From Candidatus Multivoradales bacterium (GTDB lineage Bacteria; Acidobacteriota; Thermoanaerobaculia; Multivoradales; JAHEKO01), in NCBI GenBank assembly GCA_965223855.1, contig CBDCXM010000009.1, positions 288,001-352,000 on the forward strand: a stretch of 64,000 nt of DNA, read 5' to 3'. Shown one piece after another: positions 1 through 11,801 of the stretch. Position 1 is the stretch's first letter. Every line of letters begins with the position of its first letter. Below the pieces are notes generated by a model. That model was not told where the DNA came from and did no database searches. It saw nothing but the letters and a program-made list of their open reading frames with translations. Both the position numbers and the translations under genes were made by a program.

Positions 1-213
<213 letters not shown>

Positions 214-245
214 TCAGCCACCGCCCGATCCTCAGGAGCCTCCCC

Positions 246-1631
246 ATGCCGATCCTCGACCCGATCCGACTCCGGCCGACGACCCTCGTCGCCGTGAGCC
301 TCATGCTCCTCTCCTCCCCCTCCGCCGCCCGGCAGGATCCGCTCGTCGAGCGCTTCGACGCGTGGGTCGAGCCGATGGTCGCGGCACGCGATCTCGCCGG
401 AACCGCCCTCGTGGAACACGCCGGCCGCACCGTGCTCCACCGCTCCTGGGGCCTGGCGGACCTCGAGCGCGTGCGGCTCAACCGGCCCGAGACCCGCTTC
501 GGAGTCGGCTCGATCACCAAGCAGTTCACGGCGGCGGCGGTGTTGCAACTGGTCGACGACGGGAAACTCCGCCTCGACGACACGATCGCCGATCTCCTCA
601 CTCTGCCGCCCGCCGTCGACCGGGAGCTCGCACGATCGATCTCGCTCCGGCAGCTGCTCGGCCACAGTTCCGGGCTGGCGCGCGACGTGCCGGAGACGCT
701 CGACGGCTCGGACCTCCAGGCTCTGGCGGCCCGGCTTCTGGCTCTGCCGCGAACCTTCGAGCCGGGCGAGAGGGTCGAGTACAGCAACAGCGGCTACGTC
801 GTGCTGGCAGCGGTCGTCGAGGCGACCACCGGGCAGCCGTTCGAGCGCGTCGTCACCGAGCGAATCCTCGCACCGCTCGGCCTCGCTTCGACCGGCTTCC
901 GCACCGGCAGCGAAACGATCCCGACGGCGACCGGCTACGACCCCGGGTTCGGCCCTGCGGGCCTCCTGCCTACTCCGGAGACCGACGTCCGCCGATCGCT
1001 CGGTGCGACCGGTCTCGCCTCCACCCCCGCCGACCTGGCCCGATGGATCCGCGCTCTGGCCGCCGGCGAAGTCCTCAGCCCCGAGTCGACCCGCCTGATG
1101 CTGGAGGACCAGGGAGCAGGTCGGGGCTTCGGCACCGGGATCTATCGCCGTGGCGGCCGCAAGGTGATCGGTCACGACGGCGTCGAGAACGGCTTCGTCG
1201 CCTTCGTAGAGTTGTTCCCCGACGACGACCTCATCGTCGCCTTCGCCGGCAACATCCGCACCTCGGCGTTCGAGTACCTCGAGGATGCCCTGCCGAGTCT
1301 CGCGGTCGACCTGCCGCTCCCCGAAGTGCGCCGCCCGTGGAGCGCAAGACCGGCGACCGACGCGAGCCTGATCGGGAGCTTCCGCGTCCACGACAGCCTG
1401 GTCATCGACATCGCGGCGAGCCCCGAAGGGTTGATGTTGCGAGGCTCCGGTGGCTACTTCACCCCCCTGCTCCAAGTCGAGCGCGATCGGTGGTTCTATC
1501 CCGCCCTCTACGCCGATATCGTTGTCCAGCGCGACGATCGCGGCTCGGCGATCGCACTCGCCTGGACCACCGTCCAGGGCGCTCGCTTCGAGATTCCACG
1601 TATCGACACCGACGACCCGGGAGAGTCCTGA
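246..1631 (+). CDS. secreted serine hydrolase, beta-lactamase class C/AmpC-like family
   Basis: Signal peptide; GSITKQF (SxxK), YSNSGY (YxN) and GHDG motifs. Confidence 0.9.
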   Translation: MPILDPIRLRPTTLVAVSLMLLSSPSAARQDPLVERFDAWVEPMVAARDLAGTALVEHAGRTVLHRSWGLADLERVRLNRPETRFGVGSITKQFTAAAVLQLVDDGKLRLDDTIADLLTLPPAVDRELARSISLRQLLGHSSGLARDVPETLDGSDLQALAARLLALPRTFEPGERVEYSNSGYVVLAAVVEATTGQPFERVVTERILAPLGLASTGFRTGSETIPTATGYDPGFGPAGLLPTPETDVRRSLGATGLASTPADLARWIRALAAGEVLSPESTRLMLEDQGAGRGFGTGIYRRGGRKVIGHDGVENGFVAFVELFPDDDLIVAFAGNIRTSAFEYLEDALPSLAVDLPLPEVRRPWSARPATDASLIGSFRVHDSLVIDIAASPEGLMLRGSGGYFTPLLQVERDRWFYPALYADIVVQRDDRGSAIALAWTTVQGARFEIPRIDTDDPGES

Positions 1632-1636
1632 GCGGG

Positions 1637-2212
1637 ATGAACTCCGACCCCACGGACGAGGAACTGATGCTCGCGGTGCGGCACGGACGGCTCGACCGGA
1701 TGGGCGAGCTCTTCGACCGCCACCACCGCCGGGTCTTCGGTCTCCTCCGCGGGCTCGGTCTCGACTTCGAACTGGCCGAGGACGCCACTCAGGAGGCGTT
1801 CGCGCGGGCGCTGCGCTACCGGCGCAGCTTCCGGCAGGGGCGCCGGTTCCTCCCCTGGTTCCTGACGATCGCCCGCAACGCTGCCCGCACCCGGGGCGTC
1901 TACGAGCGCGAGCCGACCGTCGGTGAGCCGGAGCAGGTGCAACGAATCGAGGACCCGACCGCACTCGAGGCGTTCGACCTCACCGGCGTCGAGGCTCGGG
2001 AGCTGAGGGAGGCGCTCAGCCGGATCCCGCTGCTGCAGCGCGAAGCGCTCCTGCTGACCTACTTCCACGAGCTCGAATCGCCCGAGGTCGCCGAACTGCT
2101 CGGGACGACAGCCGGAGCCGTCCGCGTGCGCGTCCATCGTGCGCTGCGGAGCCTCCGTGAACTGCTCGAGCCCACTGCGACCCCAACGCTCCACCAGGAG
2201 ATCGAATCATGA
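1637..2212 (+). CDS. ECF RNA polymerase sigma-70 factor
   Basis: ATG 1637: MNSDPTDEELMLAV...AEDATQEAF...WFLTIARN...EVAELLGTTAGAVRVRVHRAL (sigma regions 2 and 4). Confidence 0.9.
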   Translation: MNSDPTDEELMLAVRHGRLDRMGELFDRHHRRVFGLLRGLGLDFELAEDATQEAFARALRYRRSFRQGRRFLPWFLTIARNAARTRGVYEREPTVGEPEQVQRIEDPTALEAFDLTGVEARELREALSRIPLLQREALLLTYFHELESPEVAELLGTTAGAVRVRVHRALRSLRELLEPTATPTLHQEIES

Positions 2213-2697
2213 GCGATCCGTATCGCGTCCCGGAGAACGATCCGCTCGAGCTTCTCGGCGCCGAGGCGCCCTCGGCGCGCCTGCGAGAGCAGCTCGAGCG
2301 GAACCTTCGGCGCTCGCGTTCCCGTCGTCGATGGGCCGTCGCCGCCACCGTCGCCATCGTCGGCCTGGGTGCGGGCCTGCTGTGGATCGGCCGCGCGCCG
2401 GAGTCCTCCTCGCCGCTCGCAGCGGAGCTGCGCTCCGAAGCCGTCTTCACCCGGCTCGCCGCGGTCGCCCGGGCGCTCGACCAGCCGGACCTCGACCGGA
2501 GCTCCCTCGACGAGCTCGTGCGGCTCGCAGGAGAAGACCCCAGCCTCAACGTTCGGCTGCTGAGTCTCGACGTCCTGTCGCGGCACGCCCTCGACCCGGG
2601 AGATCTCCGTCGACTCCGGAAGACGGACCAGGCGCCGATCGTGGAGGCCCATCTGCAACGGCGCTTCGCGAGCGCACCGTCGCGGGGGGGCGCATGA
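2209..2697 (+). CDS. putative anti-sigma factor (single TM, short HEAT-like C-terminus)
   Basis: ATGA overlap with the ECF gene; one hydrophobic helix WAVAATVAIVGLGAGLLWIG; DPSLNVRLLSLDVL HEAT-like segment. Confidence 0.6.
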   Translation: MSDPYRVPENDPLELLGAEAPSARLREQLERNLRRSRSRRRWAVAATVAIVGLGAGLLWIGRAPESSSPLAAELRSEAVFTRLAAVARALDQPDLDRSSLDELVRLAGEDPSLNVRLLSLDVLSRHALDPGDLRRLRKTDQAPIVEAHLQRRFASAPSRGGA

Positions 2698-3473
2698 TGC
2701 TTCGCCGGCCGCTTCAGCTCCGGAGGTTCCTCGCTCCTGCTCTCGTGGTCCTCGTCGTCGCAGGCGGCGCCGAAGCAGCCTCCTCGGAAGACCGCTACCT
2801 GGACCTCGCCCGGCCCGGCGAACCGTTCGAGATCGCGGTGCACGTCTACTGGGGCGACCTCCGACTTTCCGCCAGCGAAGACGAGTGGCTGGTCTTCGAC
2901 GCTCGCGACGACCATGGCGAAGCGGCCGAAATCGAAGTTACGCATCGCAACAACCGCGTCGAGATCCGCCAGCCGCCACCCGACGAGGGGACCTTCGCAA
3001 GCGCCAATCTGGACCTCCGTCTCCCCTCAGGGGGAACGATCCATCTCTTCATCGAGCGCGGCGGCAACGTCCGTTCCCGAGGCCTCCAAGCCTGGCTCGA
3101 GGTGACCAACCTCAACGGATCAGTGGACATCTTCGACCACCACGGCGTGGCCGCCGTCAACGCCAGCAACGGCACGATCCGGGCAGAGCTCGTCGAACCG
3201 GAGGAGGCGCCGATGATCTTCACCTCCCTCAACGGCAGCGTCCACCTCTGTCTTCCCGAGGACGCGGGCCGCAACGTCTTCCTCAGCACCCACGAGAACG
3301 AGATCCTCACGGAGTTCGCGATCCGTCGGGAGCCGCCCGCGCGCTCGATACCGGCAGGCTGGATTCTCGACCGCGAGACGCAGGCGGTCCGTGGTCGCAT
3401 CGGCGAGGGCGGGCCACTCCTGCGCGCGTCCACGGTGAACGGAGACGTCCTGCTTCACATCTGCGGGCGCTGA
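2694..3473 (+). CDS. DUF4097-like beta-strand repeat (adhesin-like) exported protein
   Basis: ATGA overlap; signal peptide; repeated TNLNGSV / NASNGTI / TSLNGSV / STVNGDV motifs. Confidence 0.75.
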   Translation: MMLRRPLQLRRFLAPALVVLVVAGGAEAASSEDRYLDLARPGEPFEIAVHVYWGDLRLSASEDEWLVFDARDDHGEAAEIEVTHRNNRVEIRQPPPDEGTFASANLDLRLPSGGTIHLFIERGGNVRSRGLQAWLEVTNLNGSVDIFDHHGVAAVNASNGTIRAELVEPEEAPMIFTSLNGSVHLCLPEDAGRNVFLSTHENEILTEFAIRREPPARSIPAGWILDRETQAVRGRIGEGGPLLRASTVNGDVLLHICGR

Positions 3474-5224
3474 TCGCGCACCGCACGCACCAGGTAAGGC
3501 CCAAGGGCAAGTGCGTCCAGGTCGGTCTTCAGGAAGGTCCGGCAGGCGTCCGCCGGGGTGTGGACGATGGGCTCGTCGGCATCGTTGAAGGAGGTGTTGA
3601 GGAGAATCGGCACGCCGGTCCGCCGGCCCGTCTCCAGGAGAAGCCGATGAAGCTGCGGATCGGATTCCGCGGTGACCGTCTGGATACGACAGGTGCCGTG
3701 GTGCACGATGCTCGGAATCCGCTGCCGAGCCGAGTCGCGCACCGGGACGACGAACTGCATGTAGGGCGAGGGCTCCGAGCAGTCGAAGAACTCGGCGGCG
3801 CGCTCTGCCGGCACCACCCCGCCGAAGGGGCGGAAGGGCTCGCGGTGCTTCACTCGCGCGTTGATGGTGTCCCGCATCTCGGGATCGCGCGGACTGGCGA
3901 GAATGCTGCGATGTCCGAGCGCTCGGGGTCCGAACTCGTCGCGCCCCTGGACCCAGGCGACGATGCTCTGCTGCGCCAGCAGGTCGGCCACCTCTGTCTC
4001 GATCGAGGCCGGCCGACGGGAGTCCAGCCGTCTTCCATGCCCCTCGATCGCGTTCCTCGCAGTCGCCTCGCTGAAGTCGGTTCCGAGAAACGGGCTGAAG
4101 TGCAGATCGCGCCGAGGCGCTCGCCCATCCCGATGGACCCACCACGCCGCGGCTCCGAAGGAAGCACCATGGTCGCCAGGCACCGGTGGCACGTGGACCG
4201 AGTCGAAGAGCCCTCTCGCCAGCAGCTTCCCGTTCGCCACCGAGTTCTGGAAGACACCCCCGGCCAGGCACAGGTTCCTCGCTTTGGTGAGCTGGCGAAG
4301 ACGCTCCGCCAGCCGCATCAGCACCCTTTCGGTGGCCGACTGGAGCGCTGCGGCGACGTCGAAATGAACCTGCTCGAGTTCTTCTGGGTGGCGGCGCGGT
4401 TTCAGGCCGAGCAGCCTCGCCAGCATGCGGTCGCAATAACCGGGACGGAAGACCATGGCCGTGCGATGAGTCCGATACCGACCGTCCGACCGATCACTCA
4501 CCAGACGATCGAACGCAGCCCTGAAGCGCATCGGGTCGCCGTACGCCGCCATGCCCATCACCTTGTATTCGTCCCAGGCGGCCCGCATCCCGAGGAAGTC
4601 GGTGACCATGCCGTACAGGATGCCGATCGAGTCGGGCGTGGGAATCCGACCCAGGCTGCGATAGCGCGTCCCCCGGAACTCTCCGAGGGTGGCGCTCTCA
4701 TCCTCACCCTGGCCGTCCACGGTGAGCACCGCCGCCTCGTCGAAGGGCGATGAGTAGTAGGCGGCAGCAGCGTGGGCGAGATGATGCCCGACACCTCGGG
4801 TGCGCCCACGCGGCACCGCGGAGCCGATCGCCTCGGCGAGCGCGATCCCCGCACGCCGTGGGCTCATCAGATCCCGCACCACCCTAACGCCGGCGCCCGC
4901 CAGGGCCGGCCAGTGCCAGACGGGGATACGCCACGGATGCCTGGCGAACATGCTGGCCAGCCGACCCGGAGTCGCATGCCAGGGATAGACGAAGCAATCG
5001 ACATCCTCGACTCGAAGCTGTGCGGAGTCGAGAGCGAGCCCCAGCGCCGACGTCGGAAGGGCGGACGTGTGCTTGGCACGCGTCGGGCGCTCTTCCTCCA
5101 AGGCGAACGTCAACCGACCGTCGACGAACAGCGCTACTGCCGAGTCATGGCCCACGAACCTCAGGCCGTACCGCCGCCGGTAGAACTCGCCGTTGGGAAT
5201 GCCCGAAAAGCCGACGACGATCAT
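3455..5224 (-). CDS. carbamoyltransferase, NodU/CmcH family
   Basis: GHDSAVAL, EEER, HHLAHAA, TVDGQGE, EYKVMGMAAYG, EFGPRALGHRSILA, KHREPFRPF and LLNTSFN motifs. Confidence 0.92.
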   Translation of the reverse strand: MIVVGFSGIPNGEFYRRRYGLRFVGHDSAVALFVDGRLTFALEEERPTRAKHTSALPTSALGLALDSAQLRVEDVDCFVYPWHATPGRLASMFARHPWRIPVWHWPALAGAGVRVVRDLMSPRRAGIALAEAIGSAVPRGRTRGVGHHLAHAAAAYYSSPFDEAAVLTVDGQGEDESATLGEFRGTRYRSLGRIPTPDSIGILYGMVTDFLGMRAAWDEYKVMGMAAYGDPMRFRAAFDRLVSDRSDGRYRTHRTAMVFRPGYCDRMLARLLGLKPRRHPEELEQVHFDVAAALQSATERVLMRLAERLRQLTKARNLCLAGGVFQNSVANGKLLARGLFDSVHVPPVPGDHGASFGAAAWWVHRDGRAPRRDLHFSPFLGTDFSEATARNAIEGHGRRLDSRRPASIETEVADLLAQQSIVAWVQGRDEFGPRALGHRSILASPRDPEMRDTINARVKHREPFRPFGGVVPAERAAEFFDCSEPSPYMQFVVPVRDSARQRIPSIVHHGTCRIQTVTAESDPQLHRLLLETGRRTGVPILLNTSFNDADEPIVHTPADACRTFLKTDLDALALGPYLVRAVRDQRPQM

Positions 5225-5385
5225 CGGTGCATTGTAAGAGTCTGAAGCTCCGGGTCCGGAAAGGAATCGACCGCCTTCGGCCGAGAGGCTGGCAAGCTGG
5301 CCTAACCTGAACTCCTCACGCCAAGCGCAATCCGGCGGATCTCAGCTCCGGCGGGTATCCTCGCCGCCTTTCGAGGAGGAACCCG

Positions 5386-5770
5386 ATGCGAATGAAGACG
5401 CACTCGCCGACCGAAGGTGTGTACGCCGCCACCGACGACTACTGCCACGCTCTCGAAGTCAGCGGAGCCGCTCGAACCCTGTTCGTCGCCGGCACCATGG
5501 GCCTCGAACCGGACGGAACACCGGGAGCCGGTATCGACGAGCAACTCGACTTGGTGTGGGACAACCTCCGCGCGATTCTCGCCAGCGCCGGCATGACGAC
5601 CGACAACATCGTCCGTCTCACGAGCTACCTGACCGACCCGGACTACGCGGAGGCGAACGCCGAAGCTCGACAGGCGGCCCTCGGGGGCCGCCGGATTCCG
5701 ACGACAGCCATCGTCGTGCAGACCCTCGATCCGGGCTGGTTGGTGGAGATCGAGATCATCGCGGCAGCCT

Positions 5771-5772
<2 letters not shown>
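5386..5772 (+). CDS. RidA/YjgF/UK114 family protein
   Basis: GGAGG RBS; LFVAG, NLRAILASAG and LVEIEIIAAA motifs. Confidence 0.88.
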
Positions 5773-6373
<601 letters not shown>

Positions 6374-6498
6374 GCGGGGGTGACGCAAGGGGATGCATTG
6401 TAGGTGCGGCGCAGGGTGGAGTCAAAGAGACTCGGCTGCTACTCTCGCCGCGCACCTGAATCCTGTGATTGCGGCGCTGGACCCCGGAGGATGCGTTC

Positions 6499-8499
6499 AT
6501 GAGTGAGGCCGAGGCGGACCTCGATCTGTTGGCGATCAACACCATCCGCTTCCTCGCGGTGGACATGGTCGAGAAGGCGAACTCGGGGCATCCGGGGGCG
6601 CCGATGGGGCAGGCGCCGTTGGCGTATCTGTTGTGGACAAGGCACTTGCGCCACGACCCCGCCGACCCCGCCTGGCCCGACCGGGATCGCTTCGTGCTCT
6701 CCTGCGGCCACGCCTCGGCGTTGATCTACTCGTTGCTGCATCTGTCGGGTTACGACGTTTCGCTCGACGACCTGCGCGACTTCCGCCAGTGGGGTTCGAA
6801 GACTCCCGGGCACCCGGAGTACGGCCACACGCCGGGGGTGGAGACGACCACCGGGCCGCTCGGCCAGGGGCTCGGCAACGCGGTCGGCATGGCGATCGCC
6901 CGGCGCATGCTGGCGGCCGAGTTCGATCGGCCCGGATACGACCTGTTCCGCCACCGCATCGTCGTGCTGGCGAGCGACGGCGACCTGATGGAGGGGATCA
7001 CCTCCGAGGCGAGCTCACTCGCCGGTCACCTGAAGCTCGGTGAGCTGAAGGTGTTCTACGACGCCAACCAGATCTCGATCGACGGCTCGACCGATCTCAC
7101 CTACACCGAGGACGTCGGCAAGCGCTACGAGTCCTACGGCTGGAACGTTCTCCACGTCGACGACGTCAACGACCTCGCCCAGACCGACGCCGCCATCGAG
7201 GCGGCGTTCGCCGAGAGCGAGAGGCCGACGCTGGTCGTCGTCCGCACCAACATCGGCTACGGCAGTCCGGGCAAGCAGGACACGGCCGCCTCGCACGGTG
7301 CCCCTCTCGGGCCGGACGAGGTCGCTGCGACGCGCACCAATCTCGGCTGGCCGGAGGAGACGTTCCTCGTCCCCGACGAGGCGCGTCGGGCCTTCCGGGA
7401 ACGCGCCGAGCGCGGGGCACAGAGGCGCGCCGCCTGGGTCGAGTCGCTCGACGACTATCGCTCCGACCACCCCGAAGCGGCTGCCGAGCTGGCGCGGCGC
7501 CTCGACGGCCGCCTGCCCGAAGAGTGGCCCGGATCACTGCCGGACTTCGACCCCGCGGACGGCCCGCTCGCCACGCGCAAGGCCTCCGGCGCGGTGCTCA
7601 ACGCCATCGCCGGCTCGGTGCGCGAGCTCACCGGCGGCTCCGCCGACCTCACCGGCTCGAACAACACCTGGATCGACGGCCTCGAGGCGTTTTCCGCCAC
7701 CGCCCTCGACGGCCGCAACTTCTTCTTCGGCGTCCGCGAGCACGCCATGGGCTCGGCGATGAACGGCATGGCGCTCTCGGGGTTGCTGCGCCCCTACGGC
7801 GGCACCTTCCTGATCTTCTCCGACTACATGCGTCCGGCGATCCGCCTCGCCGCCCTGATGGGGCTGCCGGCGATCTACGTCTTCACCCACGACTCGATCT
7901 TCCTCGGCGAGGACGGGCCGACCCACCAGCCGGTCAGTCAACTGCTGTCGCTGCGCTCGATCCCCAACCTCACCGTCGTGCGCCCGGCCGACGCCAACGA
8001 GACCGCCGGCGCCTGGCGGGTGGCGGTCGAGAACCGGGAGGGGCCGACCGCCCTCGTCCTCACCCGGCAGAAGCTGCCGATCCTCGCCGCCACACGGGAG
8101 GCGGGCACCGACGCCGTCGGTCGCGGCGGCTACCTGCTGCGCGACGGCTCGGATCTCGTCCTGATCGCCACCGGCTCCGAGGTCCCTCTCGCCCTCGAGG
8201 CGGCCGACGCCCTGGCGGCCGACGGCATCGAAACCCGGGTCGTGAGCCTCCCGTCGTGGGAGCTCTTCGACCGCCAGAGCCGCGACTACCGCGACAGCGT
8301 GCTGCCGCCCGACCAGCCACGAAGACTGGCGATCGAGGCCGGCTCACCGCTCGGCTGGGAGCGCTACGTAGGCGACCGTGGGGCCGTCCTCGGCGTCGAG
8401 GGCTACGGAGCCTCGGCACCGCTGGCCGACCTCGCTCGCGAGTACGGCTTCACCGTCGAGAGGGTGGTCGCCGCAGCCCGACGGCTGCTGGAGAGCTGA
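6499..8499 (+). CDS. tkt: transketolase
   Basis: [47 protein letters not shown]; GGAGG RBS before ATG 6499. Confidence 0.97.
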   Translation: MSEAEADLDLLAINTIRFLAVDMVEKANSGHPGAPMGQAPLAYLLWTRHLRHDPADPAWPDRDRFVLSCGHASALIYSLLHLSGYDVSLDDLRDFRQWGSKTPGHPEYGHTPGVETTTGPLGQGLGNAVGMAIARRMLAAEFDRPGYDLFRHRIVVLASDGDLMEGITSEASSLAGHLKLGELKVFYDANQISIDGSTDLTYTEDVGKRYESYGWNVLHVDDVNDLAQTDAAIEAAFAESERPTLVVVRTNIGYGSPGKQDTAASHGAPLGPDEVAATRTNLGWPEETFLVPDEARRAFRERAERGAQRRAAWVESLDDYRSDHPEAAAELARRLDGRLPEEWPGSLPDFDPADGPLATRKASGAVLNAIAGSVRELTGGSADLTGSNNTWIDGLEAFSATALDGRNFFFGVREHAMGSAMNGMALSGLLRPYGGTFLIFSDYMRPAIRLAALMGLPAIYVFTHDSIFLGEDGPTHQPVSQLLSLRSIPNLTVVRPADANETAGAWRVAVENREGPTALVLTRQKLPILAATREAGTDAVGRGGYLLRDGSDLVLIATGSEVPLALEAADALAADGIETRVVSLPSWELFDRQSRDYRDSVLPPDQPRRLAIEAGSPLGWERYVGDRGAVLGVEGYGASAPLADLAREYGFTVERVVAAARRLLES

Positions 8500-8506
8500 C
8501 CGCAGG

Positions 8507-9277
8507 ATGAAGAACAAACCGGAGATCGTCTCCAACTGGTTGCCGCGCTACACCGGCACGGCAGCGGAGGACTTCGGCAAGTACATCCTGCTGACCAACT
8601 TCAACAACTACGTAGAGAAGTTCGCCGACTGGCACGGCGTCGAGATCGAAGGTCGCGACCGGCCGATGCCCAACGCCACCGCCGAGGGGATCACGATGAT
8701 CAACTTCGGCATGGGGAGCGCCAACGCCGCGACCATTCTCGACCTGCTGACCGCGGTCAGCCCGCGCGCCTGCCTCTTCCTCGGCAAGTGCGGCGGCCTG
8801 AAGAAGAAGAACTCGCTCGGCGACCTGATCCTGCCGATCGCCGCCGTGCGCGGCGAAGGAACGTCGAACGACTACCTTCCGGAGGAGGTGCCGGCGCTGC
8901 CCGCCTTCGCCCTTCAGAAGGCGATCTCGACCACGATCCGCGACCACGAGCGCGACTACTGGACCGGCACCGTCTACTCCACCAACCGCCGGGTGTGGGA
9001 GCACGACGACGACTTCAAGAAGTACCTGCGGCGGCTGCGCACGATGGCGATCGACATGGAGACGGCGACCGTCTTCACCGTAGCCTTCGCCAACAAGATT
9101 CCGGCCGGAGCGCTGCTGCTGGTCTCCGATCAGCCGATGGTGCCCGAGGGTGTGAAGACGGAGACGAGTGACCGCAAGGTCACCGAGGAATTCGTCGATC
9201 TCCACCTGAGGATCGGCATCGACTCGCTGCGTCAGCTCATCAACCAGGGGCACACGGTCAAGCACCTGCGGTTCTAG
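8507..9277 (+). CDS. amn: AMP nucleosidase (short PNP/UDP-phosphorylase-fold type)
   Basis: MKNKPEIVSNWLPRYTG, YILLTNF, INFGMGSANAA, LGKCGG, RGEGTS, IDMETAT, LLLVSDQP. Confidence 0.85.
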   Translation: MKNKPEIVSNWLPRYTGTAAEDFGKYILLTNFNNYVEKFADWHGVEIEGRDRPMPNATAEGITMINFGMGSANAATILDLLTAVSPRACLFLGKCGGLKKKNSLGDLILPIAAVRGEGTSNDYLPEEVPALPAFALQKAISTTIRDHERDYWTGTVYSTNRRVWEHDDDFKKYLRRLRTMAIDMETATVFTVAFANKIPAGALLLVSDQPMVPEGVKTETSDRKVTEEFVDLHLRIGIDSLRQLINQGHTVKHLRF

Positions 9278-9311
9278 CTCGAACGTCTCACCGGCTCCCG
9301 TCGCGGCAGGG

Positions 9312-10661
9312 TCAGTCGGCTTCCTGTCCCCCGAAACTCTTGAGCTTGTTGTAGAGCGTCCTTCGGCTGAGGCCCAGAAGCTCGGCCGCCTGCGTCTTGT
9401 TTCCGCCGGTGTGCTCCAGGGTCGAGAGAATCAGACGGCGTTCCAGATCCGCGACCTGAGTTCCCACCCGCACATGAAGCGCCGAGCCTGCCCGCGCCGT
9501 CTGACCGACGACCGCCTCCGGCAGCTGAGCACGATCGATCACGTCGTCGGCGAGGATGAACGCCCGCTCGATGGCGTTCTTGAGCTCGCGTACGTTGCCC
9601 GGCCAGTGATGCGCCTCGAGGCTCCGAATCGCATCCAGGGAGAGGCGCTTCGACTCTCCCTCCTCTCGATTGAGCCGATCGAGAAAGCCGGCTGCCAGCA
9701 GCTCGATGTCGCCGGCGCGATCCCGCAACGGCGGCATCGGGATCGCAAACACGTTGAGACGGTAGTAGAGGTCGCTTCGCAGTCGCCCTTCCTCGACCGC
9801 CTGCAGCGGATCCCGATTCGTGCCGGCGAGCAGTCGCACGTCGAAGCTGATCTCGCGATCTCCACCGACCCTGACCACACTGCTGGACTCGAGCACCCTC
9901 AGGAGCTTGACCTGCAGATCGACGGGCATCTCCGTGAGCTCGTCGAGGAAGAGCGTGCCTCCGTCCGCCTGCTCGAAAAGACCTCTATGCTTTCTGGCAG
10001 CTCCGGTGAAGCTTCCTTTCTCGTGGCCGAAGAGCTCGCTCTCCATCAGGTTGGGAGAGATGGCGCCGCAGTTCACCGGCACGAGCGGGCCGTGCCGCCG
10101 GCCGCTGAGCCGGTGCAGGGTCCGGGCCGCCAGCTCCTTCCCGGTACCGCTCTCGCCGATCAGGAGCACCGAGGTCGAGGTAGGTGCCACCCTCTCGATC
10201 AGGCGGTAGACCTCCTGCATGGCCGACGACGCCCCGATGAGCTCTCCGAACCGCCCGAGATCGCGCAGCTCCCCCCTCAGGCTCGTCAGCTCCTGCCGCA
10301 GCTCGACAGTCTTGCGCACACGCTCGAGCAACGCGTCGAGTCGCGCGACGTCGATCGGCTTGGTCAGGTAGTCGCTCGCCCCTCCGCGAAGAGCCGTGAC
10401 CGCGGATTCGAGAGTCGCGCGGCCCGTGACGACCACGAACTCGGCAGTGCCGCCCTTCTCGCTGTGTTCCCGCAAGAGGTCCGTCCCCTTGCCGTCAGGC
10501 AGCACGAGGTCGCAGAGAATGACGTCGAAATCGTCCGCGAGTGCTTCACGAGCGTCTTCGACAGTCGCGGCCGCCCGGGCTTCGAAGCCGGCTCGCCGCA
10601 CCAGTTCCACGAGCGCATCGAGGGAAGCCTTCTCGTCCTCGACGATCAGTGCGCGGCTCAA
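9312..10661 (-). CDS. sigma-54-dependent response regulator (NtrC family: REC-AAA+-Fis HTH)
   Basis: TTG start overlapping the kinase stop (TTGA); LIVEDE receiver; GESGTGKE, ESELFGHEKGSFTGA, LFLDE, WPGNVREL; GNKTQAAELLGLSRRTLYNKL. Confidence 0.93.
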   Translation of the reverse strand: MSRALIVEDEKASLDALVELVRRAGFEARAAATVEDAREALADDFDVILCDLVLPDGKGTDLLREHSEKGGTAEFVVVTGRATLESAVTALRGGASDYLTKPIDVARLDALLERVRKTVELRQELTSLRGELRDLGRFGELIGASSAMQEVYRLIERVAPTSTSVLLIGESGTGKELAARTLHRLSGRRHGPLVPVNCGAISPNLMESELFGHEKGSFTGAARKHRGLFEQADGGTLFLDELTEMPVDLQVKLLRVLESSSVVRVGGDREISFDVRLLAGTNRDPLQAVEEGRLRSDLYYRLNVFAIPMPPLRDRAGDIELLAAGFLDRLNREEGESKRLSLDAIRSLEAHHWPGNVRELKNAIERAFILADDVIDRAQLPEAVVGQTARAGSALHVRVGTQVADLERRLILSTLEHTGGNKTQAAELLGLSRRTLYNKLKSFGGQEAD

Positions 10662-11725
10662 GCCTCGTCTCCGTCGACCAGCGGCATCCTCAATTCGAAG
10701 ACCGTCCCCTCGGGCGAGGTCTCCTGCACGTCGAGCGTCCCGCCCTCCGCTTCGACCGCTGTCCGGGCCACATAGAGACCGAGGCCGCTGCCGCTCGACT
10801 TGGTCGTGAAGTGGAGATCGAAGACGCGCTCCTGGACCGGCGACGGAATGCCCGGGCCACGGTCGCCGACACGGAGGGTCGCCCACTCGCCGTCGCGCCC
10901 AGTCGAAAGGGTCAGCTCGTCCCCGTCGCCGGAGACCTCCACTCCGTTCACAGCGACGTTCAGCAGAGCTCGCAGGAGCCGGTCTTTGCGCGCCGAGACG
11001 AGCAGCTCCTCCTCAGCGAGGCTGATCTCGAGCTCCACGCCTTGCTGGCGCAGCTGGCCGTGGAGCAAGCCGGCGAGTTCCCCCACCAGCTCCCGCAGAT
11101 CGAACTGCGCCGCTTCGGAGGTCGGTTGGACGGTCTGAGCGAGGACCGCGTCGAGGGCCTGGGAGAGCCGCCGCGTCTCTTCCTCGAGTACCTCGAGGCG
11201 CTCGGCCATCTGCGGGCTCGGCCGATCCTCCCCGTCCTCGCCGCCACTCTTGAGCAGCTCGAGGTGCAGGACGATGCTGTTGAGAGGCGACCTCAGGTCG
11301 TGGGCCAGGCCAAGGTAGAGCCGGTCCAGGTTGCGCTGTTGAGCAGCCAGCGCGAGGTCGGTCTCGAGTGCCCGCTGCAGGGAGCGGTTGCGGACGATGA
11401 GCAGGAAGCCCTCACACTCGTCCTCCGAGAGGAGATAGATCTGCACGGTCAGTTGCACCGAATCCTCGCCGTGGCACCAGGGGAGATCGACGATCTCGCC
11501 GTCGATCCGATCGGTCCACGAACGCGAGACGCTCTCCTCCAGCAACTCCAGCAGTTCGTTCCATCGCTCTTCGTCCTCCGGTCCCAATCCGAGGATCTGC
11601 TTAGCCCGTCGACTGGCGAAGTCGAGCTCCTTCGCACCGCTGAGCAGGAGCACACCGACATCCATCAGATCGGCGATGCGCCGGATCCTCTGATCGAGCG
11701 CGTACGGGCGCGACTCCATCTTCAT
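10658..11725 (-). CDS. cytoplasmic sensor histidine kinase
   Basis: LAHDLRSPL H-box, NVAVNG N-box, DRGPGI G1, FTTK and GSGLGL G2; no TM segment. Confidence 0.92.
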   Translation of the reverse strand: MKMESRPYALDQRIRRIADLMDVGVLLLSGAKELDFASRRAKQILGLGPEDEERWNELLELLEESVSRSWTDRIDGEIVDLPWCHGEDSVQLTVQIYLLSEDECEGFLLIVRNRSLQRALETDLALAAQQRNLDRLYLGLAHDLRSPLNSIVLHLELLKSGGEDGEDRPSPQMAERLEVLEEETRRLSQALDAVLAQTVQPTSEAAQFDLRELVGELAGLLHGQLRQQGVELEISLAEEELLVSARKDRLLRALLNVAVNGVEVSGDGDELTLSTGRDGEWATLRVGDRGPGIPSPVQERVFDLHFTTKSSGSGLGLYVARTAVEAEGGTLDVQETSPEGTVFELRMPLVDGDEA

Positions 11726-11801
11726 ACGTTTCTGAAGCTCCAGGGGAAAGACCGAGGAATCCTACCGGAATGCCTGGCCTGACAATCTCGACAGGTTGGG
11801 G

